Assembly: GCA_031549365.1 (NCBI GenBank)
Contig: JAVBPX010000007.1
Span: 1-64,000, forward strand
From: Alphaproteobacteria bacterium
GTDB taxonomy: Bacteria > Pseudomonadota > Alphaproteobacteria > Rs-D84
Direction: 5' to 3'
Length of the DNA: 64,000 nt
The notes under the pieces are model-generated. The model was not told the DNA's origin. It saw only the letters and a list, made by a program, of their open reading frames with translations, and ran no database searches. Position 1 is the first letter of the stretch. Every line of letters starts with the position of its first letter. The position numbers were made by a program, and so were the translations under genes. Below, piece after piece: positions 39,809 through 49,278 of the stretch.

Positions 39809-41508
39809 TACATCTCCCCTTTTGCTGTAAAGGCTGTTATTGGGGAAATTTCAAATTTAATATCGTTGTTTTCACTAAAAACAGGAAAACTAACAGCTTC
39901 CGTAGCGTTGCCAAATATTATTCTCTTCCAAATATCCAAAAGGGTATTTTGCTTGTTGTTATATCTAGTCTTCTTCCGTCCTCTAAGAAATCTAATCTGT
40001 TTTTCTCTTTCCGTTAATGGTTCTATCCATGTTTCAGGTTGTACAACTAACCAAAATACACCGTTTCTAAAATCAATTTTTATTTTTAAGCATTCAGTCC
40101 ATGATGCTGATGGCAACATTGTTCCAGCGATTTGACCTGCAAAAGTTTTTAATTCTGCAAACAAAGGGTCGTTAATGCTTCTCTCTTTTGGTACAATATA
40201 ATATGTATTTCTAATCTTCCTGAAGCTTAAAGGTTTATCTTTACATAAAGCGGTTACCAAGCCTCTATATATAAAATCTTTTAAATAACCATGTTTCACA
40301 ACATCGTCAGGAGAAAATTCAAAATCAGAAATTATACTCGGTTTAGGAAAAACCTTTTTTATTTCCTCTATTGAACCCCAAGCCAAAACGTTATCTTTTT
40401 TTGTCATTATAGCGCAAGTTCGTGCCATTTTGCACTTGTCTTTCAGATCTTTGATGCCTAAAATACTGTTATCTACTATTTGTTTGGCATTTTGTGGTAG
40501 ACCTGTTATTGGAAATGCATTAAGTCTTATTACTGGGAAATTTGTTCCTGGTTGTGGCAACGAAATATTCAAAGGTTGCTCTTCGATCTTTAATTTTTCT
40601 GATAATTCTACCGATTTTCCAGGGACACTAGCCCATATAAAATTCATAAGGCTGTCAAAAGAATCGATCTCTATAATTTCAGCATTAATACCTTTCGATT
40701 TTGCTCTATCAATAAAATCATACACTGACTGTAAACACCTAGATTTATCAGATGCCATCCAAAAAATTCCCTGGGGAAAAGGGTTCACAGTATCCAAGGC
40801 AGAATTTAGCATTCTCATAACATTGTTATCACGGCCACTGTATCCCGCGATTATCAGTCCCATACGTGTAGCAGATGCCAAAAAACATCTTTCTAATTCT
40901 TCACAATTACTGATTAAATCTTCCGATAAGTTTTTTACACTTTGATATCGATAATCGCCATGTAGTTTAACGTAAAAAGGGAAAGAGCTATTATTTATAG
41001 CGTTAATTGCCCCCTCAGCACCTTCTATATTATAAACCTGTAAAGGCTGTCCGATTACATCAGCATATGACCGTTCAAAAATATTATCAAAATTAGTTGT
41101 AAATACCAACCTCGATTTATCCATGTGCACTAATGCAGACAATATTTTAAAACCGATATTCGGGTCAACGTTTTCAGCAATAAGCATCCTATTTAAATAT
41201 TGTCTTTGTAAATTCCGATTATCACCAAACAATAATTCAAAGTAAAAGGAATATTCCTCAATAGAATCTTCAGCAGGAGCGCCCTTAGAATCCAAATAAT
41301 TTTGGATATTTCTCTTTATTGAACTTTCACCTATGTTTAAATCATCTATATTTAGATTTTCTTCAGTGGCATAGTAAATTTTCTTTAAATCCCATGTAAT
41401 ATCCCAAGCGGTAGGTAGCCCGGCAGATCTTGGCGCACCAGCCCCCAATAACCACATAAAATTTGGAGAATAATTGTTAAAATGTGTTAAAAATTCGGAT
41501 ATTTTCAC
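39808..41508 (-). CDS. SIR2-APAZ effector (SPARSA system)
   Basis: LLGAGA, TTNFD, KLHGD and GYSGRD SIR2 motifs; APAZ-type C-terminus (IRLNAFPI...RYN..QNTLLDIW). Confidence 0.9.
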   Translation of the reverse strand: MKISEFLTHFNNYSPNFMWLLGAGAPRSAGLPTAWDITWDLKKIYYATEENLNIDDLNIGESSIKRNIQNYLDSKGAPAEDSIEEYSFYFELLFGDNRNLQRQYLNRMLIAENVDPNIGFKILSALVHMDKSRLVFTTNFDNIFERSYADVIGQPLQVYNIEGAEGAINAINNSSFPFYVKLHGDYRYQSVKNLSEDLISNCEELERCFLASATRMGLIIAGYSGRDNNVMRMLNSALDTVNPFPQGIFWMASDKSRCLQSVYDFIDRAKSKGINAEIIEIDSFDSLMNFIWASVPGKSVELSEKLKIEEQPLNISLPQPGTNFPVIRLNAFPITGLPQNAKQIVDNSILGIKDLKDKCKMARTCAIMTKKDNVLAWGSIEEIKKVFPKPSIISDFEFSPDDVVKHGYLKDFIYRGLVTALCKDKPLSFRKIRNTYYIVPKERSINDPLFAELKTFAGQIAGTMLPSASWTECLKIKIDFRNGVFWLVVQPETWIEPLTEREKQIRFLRGRKKTRYNNKQNTLLDIWKRIIFGNATEAVSFPVFSENNDIKFEISPITAFTAKGEM

Positions 41509-41689
41509 AAAGTTTCTCCTTCTTTAGTATTAAAGATAACTCTTTTTATTAAAAAATCAATCATTAGTTGCAATTAATAATTCATAAACATAAACACCAA
41601 ATGAATTATTAAGCGCCTATAGAAAGGGCCGCGGGCCTTAATATGAAGAAGTTTGCTTGACTTTTGGGGTGGCATAAGCCATCATTAAC

Positions 41690-41875
41690 GTGATATCGGG
41701 AGTTCCGATATTGGGGTATAAAAACCTCTTCGTGTACGTCTGCAGACGTTAAATGCCCCCAACCGATTTATGGTTGGAGGGCTGGTGAAATAAGGCTTGC
41801 CAAATACACCGCACTATTTACACGATAGTTCTTAACCTCCAACCACCATTTCCTTGATCTGGTGGTCTTTTAATT
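41690..41875 (+). ncRNA. Putative structured leader RNA (C4-like/attenuator-like)
   Basis: Several hairpins; TGGTTGGAGG (41771-41780) can pair with either 41753-41765 or CCTCCAACCA (41836-41845). Confidence 0.4.
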
Positions 41876-41898
41876 AATAAACCAAGGAGGACCTTTTA

Positions 41899-42216
41899 AT
41901 GAGAAAAATGCTTTTAATACTATCATTAATTTTATGTGCATGCGTTTCAGATGCAAAATCTGCAGATATAGATAAATCATTCACATATCATACGGGTGTA
42001 GTTGATTGCGGTTTCAAACATCAAGGATATATAAATCTCAAAAATTTCTTGAATTGCGAGAAAGATATAAGAAAATCTCTCTCCGGGCTAACACAAAAAG
42101 AATTAGATGCATTAGATAAAGAAATACATAAAAAACTTAGATTTGATAAAACTGCTTATTCTCAAATGGAAGAAGCTGTTAAAAAAATCGGAATGTCATA
42201 CACCAACTGTTTCTAA
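41899..42216 (+). CDS. Hypothetical lipoprotein
   Basis: MRKMLLILSLILCA-C lipobox; AGGGAGG RBS. Confidence 0.7.
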   Translation: MRKMLLILSLILCACVSDAKSADIDKSFTYHTGVVDCGFKHQGYINLKNFLNCEKDIRKSLSGLTQKELDALDKEIHKKLRFDKTAYSQMEEAVKKIGMSYTNCF

Positions 42217-42230
42217 ACAAAGGAATAAAA

Positions 42231-42644
42231 ATGAAAAAAATAATATTAGCTTCTATAATAAGTTCTATATTAACTGCCTGCGTTGGCATTACGCAACAAG
42301 AAACTCGGCAGATAAATCCCGCATGTATAGGCCGAGGATCTGGAAATAAATTTTCGCCAATTCACACAATACATATTAGGCATGTTTTGAAAGATGGTGT
42401 AATAATTAGTTATGCCAGGACACATCAGGGCAATTATAGTATGTTGGCTTTCGTAAAAGCGGATGGCACAAAAGGCAATATTGTTGATGGTCAGGAGGTT
42501 CCAATAAATGAAAATTCATGTTTAGCAAAAACTGGAACATATCAATATAAGGCAAAGTCAACAGATACTCAACTTACCACCATCGAAAAATGGGAAGTTG
42601 TAAATCGTTACCTTGATGAGCCTAAAGCAGAAAAGACTAAATAA
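42231..42644 (+). CDS. Hypothetical lipoprotein
   Basis: MKKIILASIISSILTA-C lipobox. Confidence 0.72.
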   Translation: MKKIILASIISSILTACVGITQQETRQINPACIGRGSGNKFSPIHTIHIRHVLKDGVIISYARTHQGNYSMLAFVKADGTKGNIVDGQEVPINENSCLAKTGTYQYKAKSTDTQLTTIEKWEVVNRYLDEPKAEKTK

Positions 42645-42686
42645 TCCTAAAACGAACCCCGGAATTAACTCCGGGGTTGGCAATAT

Positions 42687-44144
42687 TTAATCGATTGGTT
42701 TCAATGCATAGATCATACATTGAGATAAGGCATCAACCTGATCTTTATATTTAGTTCCTGGAAATCCCAGCAACTCTTTTTTAAACTCTGGCCACCATTC
42801 AAGTTCATTTTGAGGGAATAACAATTCACCTCGTTCTATGCAAACACTCACCCCATACAGACGAGATACTTTATCTGTATCAGGTTTTATTGCCTTCATA
42901 TTAAAATGCCATCCACATTGATCCACATCATTATTTAACAATTGTATCAATTGGGTTCCGCTCGCCTTGTCTTCTATTAACATTTCAACGGGGTAACTAG
43001 ATCCCACATTGTATTTCCATACGTTATAAGCTTTCTTTACAAGATCCACTAATTCAGGCATTTCCCATTTGCCTCTATAAACCTCGACCAAATAAAATTT
43101 ATACGCATTTCGCTCTCGAATTTGGGCAACCACACAACAAGCAGAATAAGCATTATTTTCTCCAACCTTACAGGCCGTATCCCAACTGAGGAATATTTTA
43201 TGAATTTTTCGCCCGTCCACCTTTTGCAACTTTTCGATATCAAAATATTTTAACCATTTTTCTTTTACTATGCCACCTTCTGGCGGGCAAGGTTCTTGTT
43301 GATGTTGGGCTTCGAATAGGTATTCGCCTTGGATGTCTTTTATTTCGTTAACCATATCCATATTCTCACGTACAGGGTGTAACAGTTCTCCTCTCATGCG
43401 AACAAAAGATTTTTGAATATTAAAAATGCGATCTTCCCATTTCCACGTTTCATCTTCCGTTGCAATAGTTGGCAACTTTATCAATTTAAACCCAATGTTT
43501 GATTCTAATAAAAATCCGGTCAAATCATCCTGATGCAGGCGTTGCATTATCAGCATAATCTTGCCATTCGTTTTATCATTCAAACGTGTACAAAGAGTTG
43601 ACCCATACCATTCATTTACTTTGTTTCGCTGAGTATCTGACATTGCATCCGATGGTTTCAATGGATCGTCTATTATAATCCAATCCGCACCACGACCGGT
43701 AAGTGTACCACCAATTGATGTGGACATACGTCCACCCCCACGCGTTGTTTCAAAATCATTAACGGAACGTCTGGATTGCTCAATCTTTGTTCTCGGGAAC
43801 AACTCTTGATACCATGGTTGCATCATGACACGCCGACAATCACGGGCAAACTTTTCAGCCAATTCATCATTATAACTGATACAAATAATGTTTGTTTCCG
43901 GATTGTGACCTAGCAAAAAGGCCGGCAATGCCACAGAACAGATTATCGATTTCGTATACCGCGGTGGGATATTAACAATAAGGCGATTATTCTTGCTCTC
44001 TATCATATACATAATTTCATGGCAAATTATATCAATATGCCAATTGTCCAGATATGTATCCGATGACACTTCGCCAAAAACCTTGCGTACAAACTGTTTA
44101 AATTCAGTACGTAAAATTGCATTTAAAATTTGATTTTCATTCAT
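42687..44144 (-). CDS. Phage terminase large subunit (intact)
   Basis: NIPPRYTKS, TGRGADWIIIDDP, MQRLHQDDL, SWDTA, IEDKASG and KDQVDALSQ. Confidence 0.93.
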   Translation of the reverse strand: MNENQILNAILRTEFKQFVRKVFGEVSSDTYLDNWHIDIICHEIMYMIESKNNRLIVNIPPRYTKSIICSVALPAFLLGHNPETNIICISYNDELAEKFARDCRRVMMQPWYQELFPRTKIEQSRRSVNDFETTRGGGRMSTSIGGTLTGRGADWIIIDDPLKPSDAMSDTQRNKVNEWYGSTLCTRLNDKTNGKIMLIMQRLHQDDLTGFLLESNIGFKLIKLPTIATEDETWKWEDRIFNIQKSFVRMRGELLHPVRENMDMVNEIKDIQGEYLFEAQHQQEPCPPEGGIVKEKWLKYFDIEKLQKVDGRKIHKIFLSWDTACKVGENNAYSACCVVAQIRERNAYKFYLVEVYRGKWEMPELVDLVKKAYNVWKYNVGSSYPVEMLIEDKASGTQLIQLLNNDVDQCGWHFNMKAIKPDTDKVSRLYGVSVCIERGELLFPQNELEWWPEFKKELLGFPGTKYKDQVDALSQCMIYALKPID

Positions 44145-44523
44145 TGTCTTCCCCTTCATTTTTTTCTTTATTAAAATAAGCACTCAAAATTTCTTTATCA
44201 TCCGGTGCCATAATGTGATTCTTCACGGCTTCCCGATCAGCATTTTTCTCATCAATTACCAACATATGCGTAAGCAAAGTCTGAATAGCTTTGATGTCTC
44301 CTTTGATGGCCTTGTTCACCGTTTGTAACAAGATCAGTGCCTTTTTGCTAATTTTCACAGTTTTTCCGTCCCGAACAACTTGCGCTTTTTCGGACAACAG
44401 ATCATCTAATAACCTGTATGTATTCTTACTGCCACGTGTTCGGCCTTTGACATTGCCGGATTGACCGGGTTTAAATTGATTTTCTTTGGGTGGTTTCATG
44501 TAACCAACTTCATATTTTTTCAT
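44137..44523 (-). CDS. DUF5681 protein, probable terminase small subunit
   Basis: YEVGYMKPPKENQFKPGQSGNVKGR; overlaps the terL start. Confidence 0.8.
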   Translation of the reverse strand: MKKYEVGYMKPPKENQFKPGQSGNVKGRTRGSKNTYRLLDDLLSEKAQVVRDGKTVKISKKALILLQTVNKAIKGDIKAIQTLLTHMLVIDEKNADREAVKNHIMAPDDKEILSAYFNKEKNEGEDNE

Positions 44524-45827
44524 TGTGTCACCTCTTGCTTTTCGGCCAGTAATTCGGAATATTTTTTACCGTCACTAACACGCACGGCATCAATCGAAAA
44601 CATATCAAAAAACCGCCTGATGGCGGTGTCAACATACAACGGTTCCAATTCTATCCCATAACATATTCGTCTTGATTGCTGCGTGGCAATCAATGTTGAT
44701 CCCGAACCCAGGAAAGAATCCAACACAATATCGCCACGTTTGGTAACGTCCAAAATTGCGTCTTTCAACATCTCGACTGGTTTAACGGTCGGATGTAATT
44801 TAATGTCGTTTTTATGATGACCGAACGAATTCACGCCAGCATAATTCCAAACATTGGTGCGATATCGTCCATGGCGTCCAAGTTCAACATTATTGATGTG
44901 GCTTTCTTTGCCATTACGGAATATAAAACAAAGCTCATGTTGCGACCTATAAAGCGAACCCATACCACCGGACGATTTACACCAAACACACATGTTGATA
45001 GGATTACCGAACACATCGCCACCCGCAGCGGTAATTTCGCGAACGTGCCTCCAGTCGGTGAAGTTGTAGTGTAATGACCCCAGGCGAGAGAACTTAGCAC
45101 ACAATTCAAAATTCTTGCGCAGAAATTCTGTAAATTCATCGGACTTCATCTCACCCGATGCCATAGCAAATTCTTTGTGCTGAATACTGCCAGACCCACA
45201 AACATGTCCAGATATTTTTACGTTATACGGCGGATCTTGCAAAATCATATCTGCACGTTTATCGCCCATCAACTTTTCAAGCGTGTCGGATTCCAAGCTG
45301 TTTCCGCAAATAATTCGATGTTCACCAATTTGCCAAATATCACCGACATTCGTCACGATTTCGTCTTCCGAAATAAACGGAATGGCATTGGCTTTCGGGT
45401 CGGCGTGCTTTTCATCCGGATTCATCAATACATCAATTTCGATATCATCAAACCCGGTAATCGAAATATCAAAATCATCGCATATTGTTTCCAATTCTGA
45501 AATTTCCATCCGCAACAGGTCTTCGTTCCATCCGCCATTCATGCAAATTTTGTTATCGGATAGGCGATACGCTCGCTTCTGTGCGGCCGTCAGATGCGAC
45601 AGGCGTATAGCCGGCACAGTATCCATCCCAATTACCTGTGCCGCAGCCAACCGACCATGGCCAGCAATAATCTCGCCATCTTCGTCAATCAATATCGGAT
45701 TATTAAAACCAAACTCTCGAATTGATGCAGCAATCTGCTGCACCTGTTTTTCCGGATGGTTCTTTGCATTTTTAGCATACGATCGAATTTGATCAATTGC
45801 GACTTGTTCAACTGATAGGTTTTTCAT
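44520..45827 (-). CDS. ParB-like domain plus N4/N6 DNA methyltransferase
   Basis: IREFGFNNPILID..IIAGHGR, DPPY, HPTVKP and DSFLGSGST. Confidence 0.92.
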   Translation of the reverse strand: MKNLSVEQVAIDQIRSYAKNAKNHPEKQVQQIAASIREFGFNNPILIDEDGEIIAGHGRLAAAQVIGMDTVPAIRLSHLTAAQKRAYRLSDNKICMNGGWNEDLLRMEISELETICDDFDISITGFDDIEIDVLMNPDEKHADPKANAIPFISEDEIVTNVGDIWQIGEHRIICGNSLESDTLEKLMGDKRADMILQDPPYNVKISGHVCGSGSIQHKEFAMASGEMKSDEFTEFLRKNFELCAKFSRLGSLHYNFTDWRHVREITAAGGDVFGNPINMCVWCKSSGGMGSLYRSQHELCFIFRNGKESHINNVELGRHGRYRTNVWNYAGVNSFGHHKNDIKLHPTVKPVEMLKDAILDVTKRGDIVLDSFLGSGSTLIATQQSRRICYGIELEPLYVDTAIRRFFDMFSIDAVRVSDGKKYSELLAEKQEVTQ

Positions 45828-45938
45828 TTTATACCTCCTTTTATACTGTTTACAGAGGCCTGCATTTTTAAGCACGCCTCGATAATATACCCTAATTTGA
45901 ATTCACAATGTTAAAATGGCTAAAATTTGACGGTTTCA

Positions 45939-45985
45939 CTTATTGCTAGTTTTAATATCTACTAGCAAAAAGAACTAGCAATAAG
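45939..45985. promoter_or_regulatory. Putative operator upstream of the Fic-HTH gene
   Basis: CTTATTGCTAGTT / AACTAGCAATAAG inverted pair plus a third ACTAGCAA at 45961. Confidence 0.45.
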
Positions 45986-46029
45986 ATTATTTATTAGCTA
46001 TACTAAGAGTATAAATAAAGGGGCAGAAC

Positions 46030-47064
46030 ATGGCAGATTTTTCAGAATATAAAAAACTGGGCGAGCCAGATAAAACCGCAAAAAGCGAAATATGGGAAAT
46101 GGCCACTGGTCTGCAAAAAGTCGACGGATTAAAAACATCTGAATATTTGCGAGATTTGGCACGTAAAAACATCGAGGGCAAGCTTTCCATTTACCAAGTC
46201 CAAGAATCTGTGCGTCAGTATTATAAAACTCCAAAAGGAAGGTCAGAGTTTTGGGGTTCAGAGGAAGCAGACCTTGTTTCTGCGCATATAAGCGAAATAC
46301 TCTCAGAACAAACATTTGCTTTCAGTCCTGCGGAATACATCTCTATTCATGGGCGTCTATTTGCAGGTATTTTGGACGACAAAATTACTGGAAAAATTCG
46401 CGATTATAATATAATCAAAGACGAATGGGTATTGGGCGGAGAGTCCGTAAGTTACGCCAGTGCAAACAGTATCGCGACAACATTAGAATACGACTTTGAT
46501 CGTGAAAAGTCTTTTGATTATAAAGAATTGAGTGAACGCGAAATGGCCGAGCATATCGCAAAATTTGTATCTGGAATATGGCAAATTCACGCATTTGGCG
46601 AAGGCAACACACGAACAACAGCCGTATTCATTATAAAATATTTGCGCACACTTGGCTTTGACGTAAATAACGACCCATTTGCCAAACATTCTGATTATTT
46701 CAGAAACGCATTAGTACGTGCAAATTATACCAACATTAAACTTGGTGTTCATGCGACCATAGAATATCTAAATAAGTTTTTTTATAACCTGTTACTGGGT
46801 GAGAAAAATATGCTCCATAATAGTAGTCTGGTTATTATACCTGGCAAAACTAAAGAAAAGACTGCGAAACCAAAGAAAACAAAAGCACGAGATACATTGT
46901 TAATGCTAATCGCTGAAAAGCCGGACATATCAATAGAGGAAATGTCCAAAAAGACAGGTCTTTCCGTCGGTGGCGTGCGGTGGAATATTGATAAATTAAA
47001 ATCCGATGGCGTTATCCATCGTGTAGGTGCCAGAAAATTGGGTCATTGGAAAATATTAAAATAA
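46030..47064 (+). CDS. Fic family protein with N-terminal VbhA-like region and C-terminal HTH
   Basis: HAFGEGNTRTT Fic motif; N-terminal ATGLQKVDGL; C-terminal HTH ending GHWKIL. Confidence 0.9.
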   Translation: MADFSEYKKLGEPDKTAKSEIWEMATGLQKVDGLKTSEYLRDLARKNIEGKLSIYQVQESVRQYYKTPKGRSEFWGSEEADLVSAHISEILSEQTFAFSPAEYISIHGRLFAGILDDKITGKIRDYNIIKDEWVLGGESVSYASANSIATTLEYDFDREKSFDYKELSEREMAEHIAKFVSGIWQIHAFGEGNTRTTAVFIIKYLRTLGFDVNNDPFAKHSDYFRNALVRANYTNIKLGVHATIEYLNKFFYNLLLGEKNMLHNSSLVIIPGKTKEKTAKPKKTKARDTLLMLIAEKPDISIEEMSKKTGLSVGGVRWNIDKLKSDGVIHRVGARKLGHWKILK

Positions 47065-47146
47065 GTATGGTCGAATAACTTATTTAGCTTAAAGATTCAT
47101 CCACCAATCTTATCAACTTGACTTCCCAGGCCGTGTAAGCGTTAGT

Positions 47147-47410
47147 ATGGACATGTATAAACAACCGCCAAAACATAGCCAATTTAAGCCTGGACAATCG
47201 GGGAATCCACGTGGCCGACCACGACGTTTGAACAAAGACTTTATGGACTTGACTTCTCGCTTCTTTGAAGCAGTAATGAACGCAAAGGCCGGGAAACCGA
47301 ATGCCATCATCAAAATAAATCAGATACGAAGGATATTGCATGAAACCAAAAATATACCTGCCAAAAACTCTGGACGAACTACAAAAACTAAGCCACGAGA
47401 AAAAATCTGA
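47147..47410 (+). CDS. Short DUF5681-like protein
   Basis: YKQPPKHSQFKPGQSGNPRGRP motif; overlaps the next gene. Confidence 0.6.
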   Translation: MDMYKQPPKHSQFKPGQSGNPRGRPRRLNKDFMDLTSRFFEAVMNAKAGKPNAIIKINQIRRILHETKNIPAKNSGRTTKTKPREKI

Positions 47411-47798
47411 ATTATGGTCGCGATATGTACCACATCCATACAAACGGCAAATCCGTGCATTATGGTATTACGTTCGGTGTGAAAATATGAACCTAAAAAT
47501 CGAATCCAAACACATGACAAAGATTAGGAAATATTTGGATAACCCAGAACGATGCACAGACCGCGCATACAAAATAAAATACAGCCTGCACCCGGGAACG
47601 GAAATCACAAAAACATTCCGTGGTTTGGAATTCAAAGTGTTGGTCGCCGATAATGGCGACTTTCTTTATGACGGGAAACGATACAAAACATTATCACCAA
47701 TCGCCAAAGAAATCTGTGGGATAAAAGTATCCGGCCCAGACTTCTTTGGCCTGCGAACAAAAAGGATAAGGAATACAAACAAAACGACAGATGTTTAG
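47340..47798 (+). CDS. DUF2924 protein
   Basis: PGTEITKTFRG...FLYDGKRYKTLSPIAKEICGIKVSGPDFFGL. Confidence 0.85.
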   Translation: MKPKIYLPKTLDELQKLSHEKKSELWSRYVPHPYKRQIRALWYYVRCENMNLKIESKHMTKIRKYLDNPERCTDRAYKIKYSLHPGTEITKTFRGLEFKVLVADNGDFLYDGKRYKTLSPIAKEICGIKVSGPDFFGLRTKRIRNTNKTTDV

Positions 47799-48991
47799 TT
47801 TGTTCTGAAAAATCCCAACTTTCCAATTCTTATTTGATGTGGGGCTTGAACGACCCATTTTGGGTCACTCATTTTTACATCATCAAATAAAACTGCGCCT
47901 TGATTAATCAATCGCCGAATATCAGAATTTGATTTGTCTGGCATACATAATTTCACAATATCAAATACAGAATGATTTCCGACCGTTAGGTGAATAGTTG
48001 GTGCGTCTTTTGGAAACTCATTTTTTGAAAACGTATCAATAAAATTCTGTTTCGCGTTTTCCGCTGCTACGTCGCCACGAAACAACCGAACGATTTCAGT
48101 CGCAGCAAAAACTTTTGCATTCCGTGGATTATTTTGAATATCCAACGTTTTAATTTGTTCCAATGGAATCCGTGTGTTCCAACGTAAAATCATATCAATT
48201 GCAACATCTGGCATTGCCATAATTTCACCAAACATTTGATCTGAATTCGAATCCAAAAACACACCTTTGCGAAATGATTTTGACATCATCGGTTCGCCCG
48301 TATTTGGATTGGTCATTAATTGCAAAATCAGGCAAAACTTTTCCTTACCCAACTTTGTTTTAACCAATTGACGACCCAACAATGCATTAAAAGTTTGATC
48401 GGTCCCACAAACCTCAACATCTGCATTTAACGCCACGGAATCGAACCCTTGTAATAACGGGTACAGAAATTCATGCAGATGAACAGGTTTACAATCATTA
48501 ATCCTTTTTTGAAACATATCTCGTTCCAACATTCGTTGCACCGTTGTTTCAGACGCCAATGTTATAAATTCGGACAATGAAATCTTATCCAACCATTCGC
48601 TGTTGAATACGATTTGTGGTGGGTTGATCGGATCGTCGAAATCCATCAAATTTTTAACTTGTTCGCGCCAACGCATTGCGTTTTCGGTTGTCTCTGCTCG
48701 TGTTAAACACTTGCGCGCACAACTGCGATCACTGGGGTCGCCGATGCATGCTGTAAAATCTCCAAAAACCAAAAACACTTTGTGCCCCAATTTGCGAAAC
48801 TCTTCCATCAACATAAAGTTTTGCGCATGCCCAAGGTGCAAAGCACTAAATGTTGGATCAAACCCGATAAACATATTTAATTTATGCGTCAACGCATGTT
48901 CAATAAATTCGTCTTTTGATGGCAAAGCATCAACAATAAGTCCTCGACTGAAAATTTCTTCCAGTTTTTGGCGTTCATTAATTTTATTCAT
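47795..48991 (-). CDS. tyrS: Tyrosine--tRNA ligase
   Basis: GFDPT..ALHLGH, GDFTACIGDPS, YPLLQGFDS, GTDQTFN, MSKS and a C-terminal S4 domain. Confidence 0.95.
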   Translation of the reverse strand: MNKINERQKLEEIFSRGLIVDALPSKDEFIEHALTHKLNMFIGFDPTFSALHLGHAQNFMLMEEFRKLGHKVFLVFGDFTACIGDPSDRSCARKCLTRAETTENAMRWREQVKNLMDFDDPINPPQIVFNSEWLDKISLSEFITLASETTVQRMLERDMFQKRINDCKPVHLHEFLYPLLQGFDSVALNADVEVCGTDQTFNALLGRQLVKTKLGKEKFCLILQLMTNPNTGEPMMSKSFRKGVFLDSNSDQMFGEIMAMPDVAIDMILRWNTRIPLEQIKTLDIQNNPRNAKVFAATEIVRLFRGDVAAENAKQNFIDTFSKNEFPKDAPTIHLTVGNHSVFDIVKLCMPDKSNSDIRRLINQGAVLFDDVKMSDPKWVVQAPHQIRIGKLGFFRTN

Positions 48992-49278
48992 AATATTATC
49001 CCTTGTTTTGTTGTTTTATCATATCGAAAGTTTGGTATTTATTCCCTTAAGCGCGAAACTTCCGTATGACAGACAACGCCTAAGGGCAGATATAGTAATA
49101 GTTACCTACATACATCGGCGAAGATGCAACAAAACAAGGTTTAAAAAAGGTTTCATGTGATGACATGATAATTCCTTGGTTTCCGCATCAATATATTCCA
49201 GATTTCCCCAAAAGTCAAGTATTCCATTTGACTTCCCACACAACGTAAGCATTCATTGTGGTAACCAAGGGGGTAAAT

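Noticed and set aside
45283-45792. Plus-strand ORFs overlapping the methyltransferase (also 40430-40945 and 48603-49160)
   Set aside because: Antisense shadows of well-supported genes.
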